A DNA stretch of 63,838 bases, the filler included, from Reclinomonas americana ATCC 50394 (Eukaryota): the NCBI GenBank assembly GCA_048213135.1. It is 15 parts of 15 records of this genome, joined end to end, with 100 filler letters (N's around TTAATTAATTAA, not from the genome) between each part and the next. Parts side by side here need not be neighbours in the genome. Positions count along the whole stretch, not along the records: positions 1 to 1,773 come from AFZH01018610.1; positions 1,874 to 3,168 come from AFZH01018611.1; positions 3,269 to 9,470 come from AFZH01018612.1; positions 9,571 to 16,301 come from AFZH01018613.1; positions 16,402 to 22,238 come from AFZH01018614.1; positions 22,339 to 29,077 come from AFZH01018615.1; 9 more parts are not named here. One strand, given 5' to 3'. The notes under the pieces were generated by a model. The model saw only the letters and a list, made by a program, of their open reading frames with translations, was not told the DNA's origin and searched no databases. Position numbers and translations under genes: made by a program. Below are positions 1 to 27,427 of the stretch, piece by piece. Every line of letters starts with the position of its first letter. The first letter of the stretch is position 1.

Positions 1-96
1 AGTCGTCGCGTCACTCTCTCTACGTACCCCCCTCCCTCCTTACTTCTACTCTTCGTTTCGTTTTGTTGTGTCTACTCGTAGACGAAGGAGTAGTCA

Positions 97-130
<34 letters not shown>

Positions 131-1455
131 GTGTGCGTTCAAGGTGCAATTCGACTTATTGGTTTGGAGGACAACTCGCGTTTTCTGCGCTTTGATGCTG
201 TTTTATGTGCGTTTGCAGGTGGGAGAGTGTTTGCGTGGGTGGGTGCTTTGCACGCACTGTGTGCGTTGCGCTGAGTTTGAATTTCGAAAAAAACGTCGAC
301 GTCGGCTTGTGTCTTGCTCTGAGCGTGCCCGCGTGCATGTGCTGCAAGCTTCAAAACACAAGTGTGTACATCGGCGAAGTTCGTGTACATGATGGCTTGT
401 GCAGTGTGCAATCACTGCGTGTTTCGCTGCTTGTGCTTCCGAGAACGTCGCCGATGAATTTCCCTTCTCCCGTTCGTGCTGCGATCTGCCAGACACCACT
501 ACGTTATTGATGTAGCGCTTGTAGACGACTGCCCGTGCAGTATACAGGCACTATGCGTCGCGCTGCATGTGCGATCGAACAACGTCGCAAATTTACTCGC
601 ATTGCTCCGGAGGCTCTATCAGTCGCATATGGGCTTCGTGGTATATCTACATGGTTGCCGAAGTGCTTGCGGATGCTGGTCCGTGCAGTGTGCACTTACT
701 TTGTGTTGCGATGCACACTTATTCGACATCAATGCGTTTACGTTTCTATTGCTCTCAAAGCTCCGTTGCGCAAGCTACACGCTTCCACGTGCGCCTATCC
801 GATGGCTCAAGTGCTTCTGTACATGTGGATATGCCACACGCGCGCAGTGGGAGCTTGCATTCCTCGTAAAGCTGAACGTCGGCGTGACAGACAACTCGAA
901 AGTTGATTCCAACGCACCATCAGTTCTCACTGCTTGTTGGTAGGCAGTCACTGCGCAGAAACGCGCTCTTCCTTGCGCAGAACTCGAAAATCAATAAAAG
1001 GTCCTGCGAGGACAACTCGTCACAGCCCAAAAACTCGCGCGCGCGGTGAGCACACACAGAAAGACAGAGACAAATAGAGAGAGTGAGACGAGGACTTGTG
1101 CAAAGTTGTGTTTGTGCAAGAGAGAAGCAGAGAGGAAAGCGCGTGGAGTTGTGTGAGCGGACATTTCGCGCTCAAACACTTGTCTCTCATAGAGAGAGAG
1201 AGAGAGAGGCAAGCAGTGCACAAGTATGTGTGTGTGTGAGAGAGAGAGGAAGAGAGTGACACAGAGAGTGTACGAGACAAATGATGATTGAGTGAGTGAG
1301 AGAGAGAGAGAGAGAGCAATGTGTGTGAGACTGAGAGAATAAGAAGTGTGTGAGAGTAAGATTGCACTTGTCTGCACACATGACTTTATGTGCTCACTCA
1401 CCTTCTTCTCTCTCTTCTCTCCTCAGAGTCTCTCTCTCTCTTTGTTTGCATCATC

Positions 1456-7868
<6,413 letters not shown>

Positions 7869-8134
7869 AGAGCACTCGAAAACGAGAGCGAAAAGCAAGG
7901 CTGCCATGAAACATCTCATTCTTCGCGAACGTCGCAATGTCCCAGTGTCAATGTGTCCGGCAGCGACTCGCGCGCGCAGTTTTGTTTCCCCACGAGAGCG
8001 CGTGTGTGTTTGAAGAGGAGTGCGTGTGTGTGTGAGTGAGTGAGAGCAGGAAGAGAGCGTGTGCGCGTGCAAGTGTGCAAAAAGAACAAACAAACAAAAG
8101 GAAAAATTACACTCAGACACGGGTGTATTGCGTC

Positions 8135-16277
<8,143 letters not shown>

Positions 16278-16559
16278 GCCGTCAACAAAAGCCATCTCGA
16301 CNNNNNNNNNNNNNNNNNNNNNNNNNNNNNNNNNNNNNNNNNNNNTTAATTAATTAANNNNNNNNNNNNNNNNNNNNNNNNNNNNNNNNNNNNNNNNNNN
16401 NACGGTGAAGAGTGCGGTGAGGACGGGAGGACAATGGGGGAAGGGATGGGAAGGGAGGGGGGATTGCGAGAGAGAGAGAGAGAGAGAGAGAGAGCAGGAG
16501 CGAGATAAAAGGAGCGAGATAAAAGGAGCGAGATAAAAGGAAGACAAGGGCGAGGCATA

Positions 16560-16635
16560 GGTGTGCGAGGGGAGATTGTGTGGTTTGCAAGCGACTCAGA
16601 GCTGACTGATGATCAGGAGAGATGAGAGAGAGAAA

Positions 16636-16734
<99 letters not shown>

Positions 16735-16877
16735 GAGAGAGAGAGAGAGAGCAGGAGTGAGAGAAAAGGAATGCAAGGGAGAGGCATTGTTGTGCGAGGG
16801 GAGATTTTATGGTCTGCAAGCGACTCAGAGCTGACTGATGATCAGGAGAGATGAGAGAGAGAAGAAGAGAGAGTAGA

Positions 16878-16908
<31 letters not shown>

Positions 16909-17020
16909 GGGCGAGAGAAAGGAAGAGAAGGGAGGCGCATAGTTGTGCGAGCGGAGATTGTATGGTCTACAAGCGAAGGACTCAGCGCTGACTGTTGATC
17001 CGCAGAGATGAGAGAGAAAA
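16560..17020. repeat. Three copies of a ~70-bp unit interleaved with (GACA)n/(GA)n microsatellites
   Basis: TGTGCGAG.GGAGATT.T.TGGT.T.CAAGCGA..CTCAG.GCTGACTG.TGATC recurs at ~16562, 16791 and 16944. Confidence 0.8.
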
Positions 17021-17271
17021 TCTCTATCAATCTTTCTTCTATTCACCCTTACGACTTATCTGTCGATCACCCTCCTCAGCTTCTCTGTCATAAACTCACA
17101 AGCACCAGGCATGTCTTAGATATCGCTTCGTGAAATCTCTCTCACTCTCTCTATCTATCACTCCTGTCAACTGCGCTATCGCAGCATCTCCTGCTACGTA
17201 TTCGCTTCACCTTCCCTGCAACTCCTCCCTTTCTCATTCTTGTTGCTCACCATCTCCCATTCCCCTCGCAG

Positions 17272-20200
17272 CGCGACGAAGTGGCCCTCGCCACACGTCT
17301 CTTTTACGCCCAGTGCGGTGGAAGCGACGCGCTCGCACAATCCCTCTTGCGAGTGTTTGCCGGACGAGCTGCCGCCTCTCCGTCGTCCTCGTCGCCCAGG
17401 TTTGTGATTATCACCTCCGCTTCGTGTGCTCTCTCTCTTCTCTCGTCTCTCCCTGTACTTCTCTCCCTTTCATCTCTTCTCCTCTCCTCTCCTCCCTCTC
17501 CTCCCTCTCTTCTCGTCTCCTCCCTCTCTCCTCTCTTTCTCGTCTCCTCCCTCTTTCCTCTCTCTTCTCGTCTCCTCCCTCTCTCCTCTCTCTTCTCGTC
17601 TCCTCCTCCTCCTCCTCCTCCTCCTCCTCCTCCTCCTCCTCCTCCTCCTCCTCCTCCTCCTCCTCCTCCTCCTCCTCCTCCTCCTCGTCCTCTCTCCTCC
17701 CCTCCCCCCCCCCCCCCCCCCCCTCCGCTTCAGATCGCCTGGCCTGGAGGATGCGTTTCCCGGATCACCGGTATTGGGTGGTATCACGGCCACAGAGATC
17801 GTGTCAGCCGGGTTTGCCGTGATCGACAATGCCCTCATGCTCGTGATTGTGGAGAAACGCGGCATCCTCTACACGTTGCGTTTTAGAGAAAAGAGAGGAA
17901 GTGACTACAACACGACCCTCATCTTTGCCTTCTACCTCTTTCTCTCCCTCTCTCCCTTTCTCTCCCCCTCCCTCTCTGCCACCAGCTGGGTATGGTCCGA
18001 GTCCGAGGGCCTGTGGGAGGCCGTCCGACCGCGCGCCGTGCCCGGACCGCGCTCCGCCACTCCGGGCCTCAAACTGGCGTCATCAATCTCGTTTGCGAAC
18101 ATGCGCGGACAGCCGGGACTCGTGTGCGGCACATCGATGGCCTGGTTCGGCGCCGACAATGATGAGTGGAGGACACTGAGCGTGATGGACTGGACATCGG
18201 GGAGGCAATTGGCGAGGTACGGAGAGCGACAAAGGTGATGGTGCAGAGTTTGCCTGACACTGTGGGTGCGATCGCAGTTTGCGTGTGCTGCGTGGTCTTG
18301 CAGTCGACGAGCCAGCATTCCTCCAAATGTACAGCACTCGGGGATGGTGGGTTGCCGGTGGAGCGCACGCCAACCAGCGCGTGTTTGTCAACGCCGCCGA
18401 CAGTCGAGCCGTTTTCGCCGCCGGCAACTGGCCATCGTCACGAGCGCATGTGCCGGTAATCGGCTACGCTGTGCATCCGGTGCACGGGGATCTGTTCGTG
18501 TTCTTTGCCGATGGGTCTGCGGTAGCCACGTCCGTGGTGGCCAAGGGTCGCGAATTGGTGCTGGAGGAGAGTGCGCTGCCGCATTTGCAGTTGCCGCGGG
18601 AGTTCCGCGAACCTGGTGAGGAAAAGAAGAAGAGGAGGGGAATGATGATTGACTGGGGAAAAGGGGTTGATCTCTCTCAGCTTCGTTGGGGTCGCGGTTA
18701 CACTCATCGCTGGTGTTGCTGTTGTGTTTCCTTTCTTGTTCCACCTGTATTCCTTTTGTTGCCACTTTTTCGTGTTTGATCGCTTCTATCACGCTGTGTT
18801 TCTCTTTGTTGATACTTTCGTGCTCCACTGCTTGCCTTTCATTCTCATCTTCACTTGGCTGATTGCTTTTACCTTTCGCCCCGCTAGGAACGCAATTCTT
18901 CTTCCCCCAAGAACACCTCGTGGCCGCCGTGAGCCCTGCCGGCGTCTGCGGCGTCATTGAGTGTTTCGCCGGTGTGTTGGTCGGTCGAATGCTCATTCCC
19001 GGTGGCGCCGCCGCCGCTCGCTCCGTGCAAGTGTTTTCCGCACCCGGTCGAGGCGGCATTGTTGCTAGCAATCAGCTCTTTGAGTTGCAGGTTTGTCTCC
19101 CTCCTTCCCCTCATCTCCCTCTCCCCCCTCTCATCCCCTTCCCCCCGCCCTCCAGTCGCCTCCCCTCCTCGACGTGCTGCGACAGGCGCAACCCGAGTTC
19201 GTCGTCTCCGCGCCCGGTCAGCCAAATGCGGAACAGCTGGCCGACGTCAGTCTGACGCATCACCGACTGGCCTCGTTTTCGCGAGGACATCACATGCACG
19301 AGTTTGCCGTGTACCACCGACTGCAGGAGCTGCTCAGCACTCCGCACGGTGATCCGCATGCGCACTTGGTGGAGGAGCGCGATCTGTGCCGCGAGCTGCA
19401 GAGTGCGATTCTGCCGGCGGCGGCCGCGAAGCTGCCGGAAGAGCTGTACGCGTGTGTGGGTCACATTGACGGGCAGTGGGAGAACGGCTGGGAGGCCAAG
19501 GTGCGCTCGACTGTGCTCGACAAGCGCGAGCTGCCGTCGCTGTTGCAGTTGCACGCCGATGTGCGGGCACGGTTGGAGGGCGAGAGTGGGAGGTCGACCG
19601 GTGCACTGGATGCCAGTTGCGTAGGTTGCTTGTTCCGAGCTTAGCTTGGTACATTGCTCACACCACAGTGGGGGGAACAGGCGCGATGTGGACGCTGGAG
19701 GAGGTGGAAACGGTGGTGGCCGGTGGTGATTCAGAGATGGGTCCACCATCGCGTGCCGAGGAGCTGCTGTTGGCGGTAAAAAAGAAGATTGGCTTTCCCG
19801 CTCTGCAGGCGACGAGCAGGAGGTGCGTCATCACAGTCTCCAAATCCTCTCACACTCCTTTGCTGATGGTGTTGCGTGTGCAGAGTACTCTTCCGTCCGT
19901 TTGTCGATTTTCTGGTGGATCACGTGCGCGAAGAGGTGGAAACGGACATGTTCCAAGTGTCGCCGTCACGAGTGCCTGCACGTGCAGCAATGCCGACGCA
20001 AGATCCTCCAGAGGTGATGGCTTGTTTTGCCACTTGTCGAGAGAAGGAAGCAAGGAGAGAGAGAGAGAAGAGAGTGAGGGAGTGAGAAGGAAGAGTAGAA
20101 AAAGAGAATGAGACTGGAAAGTGGAGACAGAAAAGGAAGAGAGGAGTGAGAAGGAAGAGAGTCCTTATTGTGAGGGTTGATGCTAATGTGCGGCGCTGAA

Positions 20201-21513
20201 TACAGTTTGATCCGCTTCCATCGCTCACGCTGCCTCCTCCGGTGCTGGCCGCCACGTTGTTCAGACTCGCGTATGCGTTGTCGCCAGCGGACATACCCGA
20301 CATGCTGGTGTTGTTTGGTAAGTGGCGCAGCGTAGCAGCGGCTTACTCGAGTTTCCATGCACTATCATTGCATTCTTCTCCTTCTTTCTCGCATTCTGTC
20401 TCTCTCTCTCTCTCTCTCTGTCCCTCTTTCTGCTTCTCTGTTCTCCTCCCTCTCTTTGCCTGTCTCCCCTCCCCCTTCCCCTCTTCCACACTCTCACAAC
20501 CGCCCTCTCTTCTCTCTTTTCCTTATCTCAAACAGCGGTGAGCACCCTCCGCCCGGATGCCGACGACCTGGCGCCTCTGCTGCACGATCCGTCGGTGCGC
20601 CGCGTGCTGCAGACTCGCATCAGTCCGCCCACCCTCCTGGCCTCTCGTTGCGCATATCTTCGCCGCATCGTCTTCATGCAACCCGGGATGCTCATTTTTC
20701 CGCACAGTACCTCCCCTGCCGGTGCGTGCACGCACTGCTCGTCCCGTGTCGGGCTTGCGCGAGATTCGACTGGCCGAGGCGCTCGCCGACTTGTCGGCAC
20801 TGGCGGTGGACCAGATTGGCATGTCGCTCGGTTTCGCCACCGGTCACACACGCGAGCATTATTTGGCTCGTGCGCAGTTTGCGCGCTGGTCGGGTCGCAT
20901 CGTGGACACGATTCGGTATCTGCTGCTGGCCGGCGAGTGGTCAGCCGCCGTCGTCCGGGCACGCGATGCCAGTGAGCACGAGTCGGATGTGGATCTCTTT
21001 CGCGTCTTCCGCCTGTGCTACGAGCACTGCTTGCAGCACACGGTGGGTGAGAAGGCCGACAAGAGTGCTGCGGCGCAAGCCGAGTCGGCGCGCATGTGGT
21101 CGGATGTGTGGGATCTGGTGCCGCCAGGCTACAATGTGTTTGATCTGTTGTCGACATTTAGAGCATGTTATGGTCAGTGGGCGTTCGCTTTCTGTTGGTG
21201 GAAGCAGGCATTCAACTCATCGTCGTGTGCTCGCAGGTGCGGACGCGCAGCCGCCACCACTACCACCACCAACTGTCGATGGTTCCTTGTCCGTGGGCTT
21301 GGCGGCGTCCTCGTCGTCTTCATTATCACCACCGCGCGGACCGTCGTCACTGGAAGCATCGGTGGCAAGGTGTGCAGTCATCGCTACCCTGCTGCGACAC
21401 TTGTTTCGCACGCTCATTTTTCTATCTCGTGCAGAGGCGAGCCGGGCACAGTGTCGGTGAAGGAGTGGAAGAATCAATTGCTACGCTTCGGATTGCTGGC
21501 AGAGTTTCAATGA
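17272..21513 (+). CDS. Uncharacterised multi-exon protein, beta-rich N-half and helical C-half; 5' end not located
   Basis: Series of GC-rich coding-like blocks bounded by GT..AG with polypyrimidine tracts (e.g. 17272-17399, ~17734-17874, ~17986-18215, ~18278-18616, ~18888-19090, ~19156-19451). Final exon reads ...EPGTVSVKEWKNQLLRFGLLAEFQ* with TGA at 21511-21513. Confidence 0.65.
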
Positions 21514-21558
21514 ATGGCTGCTGCGCGCTCGGCGTCACACTCTATCGTGCTTTTCCAG

Positions 21559-22911
21559 TTACTCGGTGATGCCCAGCTCGGTGAGCACAAAGGCAGTCTC
21601 CATCGCCAGCTCGCGCAGAGCGGCATAGCGGCCGGTGACGCCACCGTGACCGGCCTCCATGTACGTCTTCAGAATGATTCGAGCATGCGGGTTGGTGTTG
21701 TTTTCGCGCAACAGGGCACACCACTTGGTGGGTTCCCAGTACGCCACACGCGGGTCATTCAGCCTGCGTGGGAGGGCGAGGGCGAGGAATGAGGGGAGAT
21801 GAGAGATGCTAAAGAGAAACCTGTCACGAACCCGGAGCTGATGAACACACTCGGGTACGCCTGCCGGTGCACATTGTCCACGGGCGAGTACGACAGCATG
21901 TACTCTTGTGTGGGTGAGAGACGAGTGAGCGAAGGGAGATACATAGAAGCCACGCCGACGACTGCCGTACTTACCGTAATACTCGGGTTTCTCCGGGTTT
22001 CCCCACTCCTATATGATCCACACGAGGGTGAGCAACAACACAGTGAAGCACTTGCACAATGCCGGATGAGACAAACCTCCCACTCGGTGACCGTGAGCGG
22101 AATCGACGGGTCCTGCATGGTGGTGACAATGTCGACGAAGGGCACGAGGGCCGACACGACGCTGCGGGGTAGAGGGGAAGAGGGGAAGGGAGATGAGGGG
22201 AAGAGAAGGGGAAGAGAAGAGGAAAGTTGGGGAAAGTTNNNNNNNNNNNNNNNNNNNNNNNNNNNNNNNNNNNNNNNNNNNNTTAATTAATTAANNNNNN
22301 NNNNNNNNNNNNNNNNNNNNNNNNNNNNNNNNNNNNNNGGGGGAAAGAGGGGGGAAAGAGGGGGGGAAAAGAGGGGGGGAAAAGAGGGGGGGGAAAAGAG
22401 GGGGGGAAAAGAGGGGGGGAAAAGAGGGGGGGAAAAGAGGGGGGGAAAAGAGGGGGGAAAAGAGGGGAAAGAGGGGAAAGAGGGGAAAGAGGGAAAGAGG
22501 GAAAGAGGGGGAACAGAAGGGGAAAGAGGGGGAAAGGAGGGGAAAGGAGGGGAAGAGGGGATGAGGGAAGAGGAAGAGTGAAAATGAAAGAGGGAAAGAG
22601 GGAAACAGGGAAAGAGGGAAACAGGGAAGAGGGAAAGAGGGAAAGAGGGAAGAGGGAAGAGGGAAGAGGGGAAGCTATCAGTTTGCTCCCTCGCCTCTTT
22701 ATCTGACTTTCTCGCTCCCTGTGCCTCCTGTTTGCTGCTGCCTGGCTGTCTGACTGCATGCCCTCTATCTTCTTTTCTTCTCTCTCTTATTCTTCTTCTC
22801 TTCATCCCTCTTCCCTCCATCTCGTCATTACTTATGTCTGCATCCACTCTTCTCTTTTTCCCCTCTTTCCCTCGTCCAGCTTCCCCTCTTTCCCCTCCTG
22901 CCCCTCTTCAT

Positions 22912-22945
<34 letters not shown>

Positions 22946-25900
22946 GCCTCACGCACCGGAACAGCTCGGGACGGGCGTTGATGACTGCACAAGACAACAC
23001 ATGAGGCCACAACTACGTAATCCTCTCTCCAACGAAAAAAGATGCACGCAACCCGCGCCCATCAGCAGGCCACCGGCACTGCCGCCACGAATGGCCAGGT
23101 GCGGTGGACTCGTGTACTTGCGGGCAATCAGGTCCTCGGCGCAGGAGATGAAATCGTCAAACGTGTTGCGCTTCTTCAGGAACTTGCCGTCGTAATACCA
23201 CGGGCGACCGTTCTGCGAGCATGTGGATGAGGACACGGAACTCACCATCGTACAAAAGTCAAGCACGGCACACCTCTCCACCACCGCGAATATGCGCAAT
23301 CACAAACACGACACCACGGTCCAACAGGCTCAGTCGTGATGACGAGAAGTTGGGATCCTGCAAGCACGTGAGGGAAACGAGAAGAACCTTGCAAACTGTG
23401 CGTGTGAGAGAGAGAAACGCACAATGGCGTAGCCGTAGCTGCCGTAGCCGTACAGCTGGAGCGGATTGGAGCCGTCCAGCTTGAACTTGTCCTTGCGGTA
23501 CACCACCGACATGGGGATCTGCGTGCCGTCGTGCGCCGTGGCAAAGAGGCGCTCGGTCTGCGCAGCGGATTCCATGAGATACCACGAAAGCGCTGAAAAA
23601 TCATCTCCTTCCACGCGCACCTTGTACAGCGACGCATCGTACCCGCCCTGCACCTCGGTCTGCTTCAACAGCGTCAGGGTGCGCTGGTCGAGATCGTAAT
23701 CGTAGATCGTGCGCGGTGACACCAGCGACGTGTAGACGACGCGGAAGACGTGCGACTCGAAAATGTAGTTGTTCGACGGGCTGTGCAAGGGACGGGTGAG
23801 TGAATCGTGCTTGGAGAATTGTAATCAATCGCCAACTCAGATTCACCCGAGGTAGTACTGCATGGAGGGAACAAGTCAGATAACATGAGGCGTTAGGTAA
23901 GGAAAAAGGCAACAACTCACCGCGCTCTCAGGCATCTCCATCTCCCCTGGCAACGAAGAATAGGCAGTGAGACGGGGCATGAACACACAAGCACAAAGTG
24001 CTGCACGCAACAAAATTCGGGCTTGTCGTACGACGCGGACACCATGATGCGCGTGTTGCCGCCCTCACGGGTTCCGACGCTGTGCAAAAAGAGATGTTGT
24101 TGGTGAGTATACTCTTGGAGAGACCAAGAGTGCAACAAAAGAGGAAAGGTGTTCCAGGAGAGGACGTTGTCGCACACCAACCCAGAAAGAGCCACGTCAC
24201 GGAGACTAGCCGTCAAGGAAAGGAGACGCATCTTCACCACTTGTCTTTTAGCTCTTCACGTCAACACAGGATAGACGCCTCTCGACCAGTAACTGCTTAA
24301 TCGAGAACAACAAGGAGAAGCGCAGTCGCACACAAACTCAAAGGAGAGAGAGGGAGAGCTGTCGTACAGAGGCCATGGAATGAAGGGAGCTGGCCTGCAG
24401 GTCGGTTGTCGACTCAGGAAGAGTAAAGAGAGCAGGTTCGACCTGCTTACATACGGAAAGGTATCCGAGGACCACAGAGAAGTGCCCTCCCCATGCCCTC
24501 CCTCCACCGACGCAACATCAAAAAGTCGCGCAGCGTGTGCACCCACTTGATCAAGCGCGAGCTCTTGTGCGGAATCACCTGACAAATGCAAATCATCGCA
24601 TGAGATCAAAAGCGGTGCTCCCTCTCTCTCCCCCCACACACCTCCTCCCAATTCTCAATGCCCGTGGCAGACACCGGGGTGCGCATGAGGCGGAAGTTGA
24701 TGGCCCCACCCGAGTTGGTGACAATGTAAAAGTGGTCGCCGTGGTGGTCCACCGAGTACTCTACGTCGGGCAGGCGCGCCTGCACCAAGCGCCACGCGCT
24801 GGTCGGTGCCTTGGCGGGCACAAATCGCCACTCGGACTGCGTCTTCGAACCGGACTCGATGAGCAGGTAGTCGCCCGAGGCGCTCTTGCCCACGTCGACA
24901 AAGAAGCGCTCGTCGTCGTCGGTGAAGACGCACACGTCGTTGAGGTCGGCGGTGCCCACATGACGGCGCCACACCTTGTACGGACTGCGCGAGGGTGGAG
25001 AGAAGAGTGAGGAGGAAGAGGAGAAGGGGGGAGAGGAGAAGGAGGGAGAGGAGAAGGAGGGAGAGGAGAAGGAGGAAGAGGAGGAAGAGGAGAAGGAGAA
25101 GGCGGAAGAGGAGAGGGAGGGAGAAGAGAGAGATGAGGACGAGGACGAGGAGGAAGAGGAGAAGGCGGAAGAGGAGAGGGAGGGAGAAGAGAAGGAGGAA
25201 GAGGAAGAGGAGAAGGGGGAAGAGGAAGAGGAGAAGGGGGAGGAGGAGAAGAAGGAAGAGGAGAATGAGGAAGAGGAGAAGGAGGAAGAGAAGAAGGAGA
25301 AAGAGAATAGACACCGCCTTTTCCTCCTCTTGCTTGTCTCGCTCTGCTCTTGCTCATCTCGTCGTGCTCTTGCTCGTCACACCCTCCCCTTGCTCGTCTC
25401 GTTGTGCTCTTCCTCGTTTCGTCCTCCTCTCCCTCGTCTCGTCCTGCTCTTCCTCGTCAAATTCTCACCTTGCTCGTCTCGCTCTACTCGTGTTCGTCTC
25501 ATTCTGTCCTTGGTCATCTCACCCTCCCCTTGTTCGTCACGTTGTGCTCTTCCTCGTATCCTTCTCCTCTCGCACGTCTCGTTCTGTTCTTGCTCATCTC
25601 ACCCCTTTGCTAGTCATGTTCTCCTCTTGCTCGTCTCGTTCCGCTCTTGCTCGTCACACCCTCCCCTTGCTCGTCTCATTCTGCTCCTCGTCGTCTCTGT
25701 CTCCTGTTCGTCTCACGCTCCCCTTGCTCGTCTCATTCCTCTCTTGCCCGTCAAACGAGTGAAAAAAAGTAGTCACCGCTTGATGTGATCCAGCGTGGTG
25801 TAGAACAGGTGCTCATTGTCGCCGGCCCACACCGCACTCGTGTACACGTTCGGCACCACATCGGGCAAGTGCTGCACAGATTGATGAGCTCTCGCACAGC

Positions 25901-26896
25901 CTTTTTCTCAACAAGCAGTGCTTCTTCCAAACCTCTCCCGTTCGCAAATCCTTAATGCGCAGCTCGTACGCCTCGTCGCCCTTGGTGTCGAGTGCGTAGG
26001 CCAGCTTGTGCCCGTCGGGCGACACGGTGAACACGCCCAGACTGAGGTACGACAGCTTCTGCGACTCGGCAATCTGGTTCATGTCCAGCAGCACCTGCTC
26101 GTGATGGCCGCGGCAATCGTCACGTGGCTTGCGGCAGTAAATGTCGTACTGCTTGCCCTCCTCGGTGCGCGTGTAGTACAGGAAGCCGTCACGGCGCAGG
26201 TACGGCACCGACACGTCGGTCTCCTTGATGCGGCTCTTGAATTCCTGGAACAGCTTCTCCTCCAGCTGCTTTTGCGGGGCCAGCTGGGCGTCGGCGTAGG
26301 CGTTCTCCGCGTGGAGGTAGGCCATGACGCGGGGGTCCTCGCTGAGGTGGGGAAGGGAGAGGGGTGTGGAGAAGGGTGGGAGGGGGGCAAGACAACAACG
26401 AGGTACAGGATTGAGAAAGAGGCAAGCACAACGCGCCATGAGAGAGAAAGAGAGGAGAGAGAGAGAGTGAGTTCCGGGAAAGTCCAGGCAGAGAGGACTG
26501 AGAAGACGACTGCAAGTGAATGATTGAGACAAAGGAATGCAGCAACAGGGAAGAGAGAGAGAGAGAGCGAGGCAAGCACGAGGCGACTGAGAGAAAGGAA
26601 GACACAAAGAGAGGTGGGAAGACAACATGTGACTGAGACAACTCGCAGACAGACAGCTGCTCATTGCAGAGCTGCATGCAAGTGCGTCTTCCTTTGCTCT
26701 CAACAAGCACACGTGTGTGCACATGCATGCAAACAAGCACACACCGATTGCGGAAGTAGTAGAACTTGTCGACTCGATTGTGGGCCACCACACGCGGCTC
26801 CTCCGCCACCGGCTTTGGCGGCGCCAGCACCGGCGAAGATGAACTGGAAGCAAGAAGCGAACCTACAAAACAAAAAAAACACAGAAAAAGCATCAT
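21559..26896 (-). CDS. Oligopeptidase B (peptidase S9A, PtrB/OpdB type), multi-exon, hydrophobic N-terminus
   Basis: [53 protein letters not shown], nucleophile motif [32 protein letters not shown], catalytic Asp [11 protein letters not shown], catalytic His AGHGG. Stop at 21559-21561. Confidence 0.95.
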
Positions 26897-26977
26897 CAGT
26901 CATTCATCACAATCTCTCACTCTCTTCTCTGCAGTTGTCGCTTTCCTGTGTGCTCTCTGCTGCAGTGTTCTCTGTGC

Positions 26978-27081
<104 letters not shown>

Positions 27082-27159
27082 TACTGCTCTCTGCTGCAGT
27101 TGCTTCCCTGTGTGTTCTCATTTCTCTCACTGGTCTCTTCACTCTTTGTGCTCACTGTG

Positions 27160-27198
<39 letters not shown>

Positions 27199-27427
27199 CC
27201 TCTCACTCACTCACTCTCTCACCATTGACCAACGTGCGACGCCACCACGACGACGACGAATGACTGACATTGTTGCTCACAGACGACACTGTGAGCAGAC
27301 CAAGCACGGCCATGGCAGCAGCGCGACGCCCAGCCGAGGCGCCGACAAGAAACATGGATGAAAAGGCAATGAAAAGCGCATGAAAAGCGTAGGACAACTC
27401 CTGCTGCTGCTGCTTTGCTTTTTTCGC

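Noticed and set aside
140..990. Non-repetitive, possibly coding stretch before the dynein gene
   Set aside because: May be 3' exons of an unknown plus-strand gene, but I could not build a consistent exon chain or recognise a domain.
22339..22500. (GGGGGGAAAAGA)n tract as telomeric or G-quadruplex element
   Set aside because: Intronic polypyrimidine tract of the minus-strand gene beside a gap; homopolymer lengths are unreliable and it is not a known telomere unit.
24976..25788. Long poly-Glu/Lys ORF and similar RE/SL/HT/CV/poly-P ORFs across the window
   Set aside because: Translations of intronic GA/CT/CA microsatellite or low-complexity tracts; this one lies antisense within an oligopeptidase B intron.
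27260..27361. 33-aa ORF (MTDIVAHRRHCEQ...) upstream of WD40 copy 1
   Set aside because: No homology, repetition or splice support; cannot be distinguished from a chance ORF.
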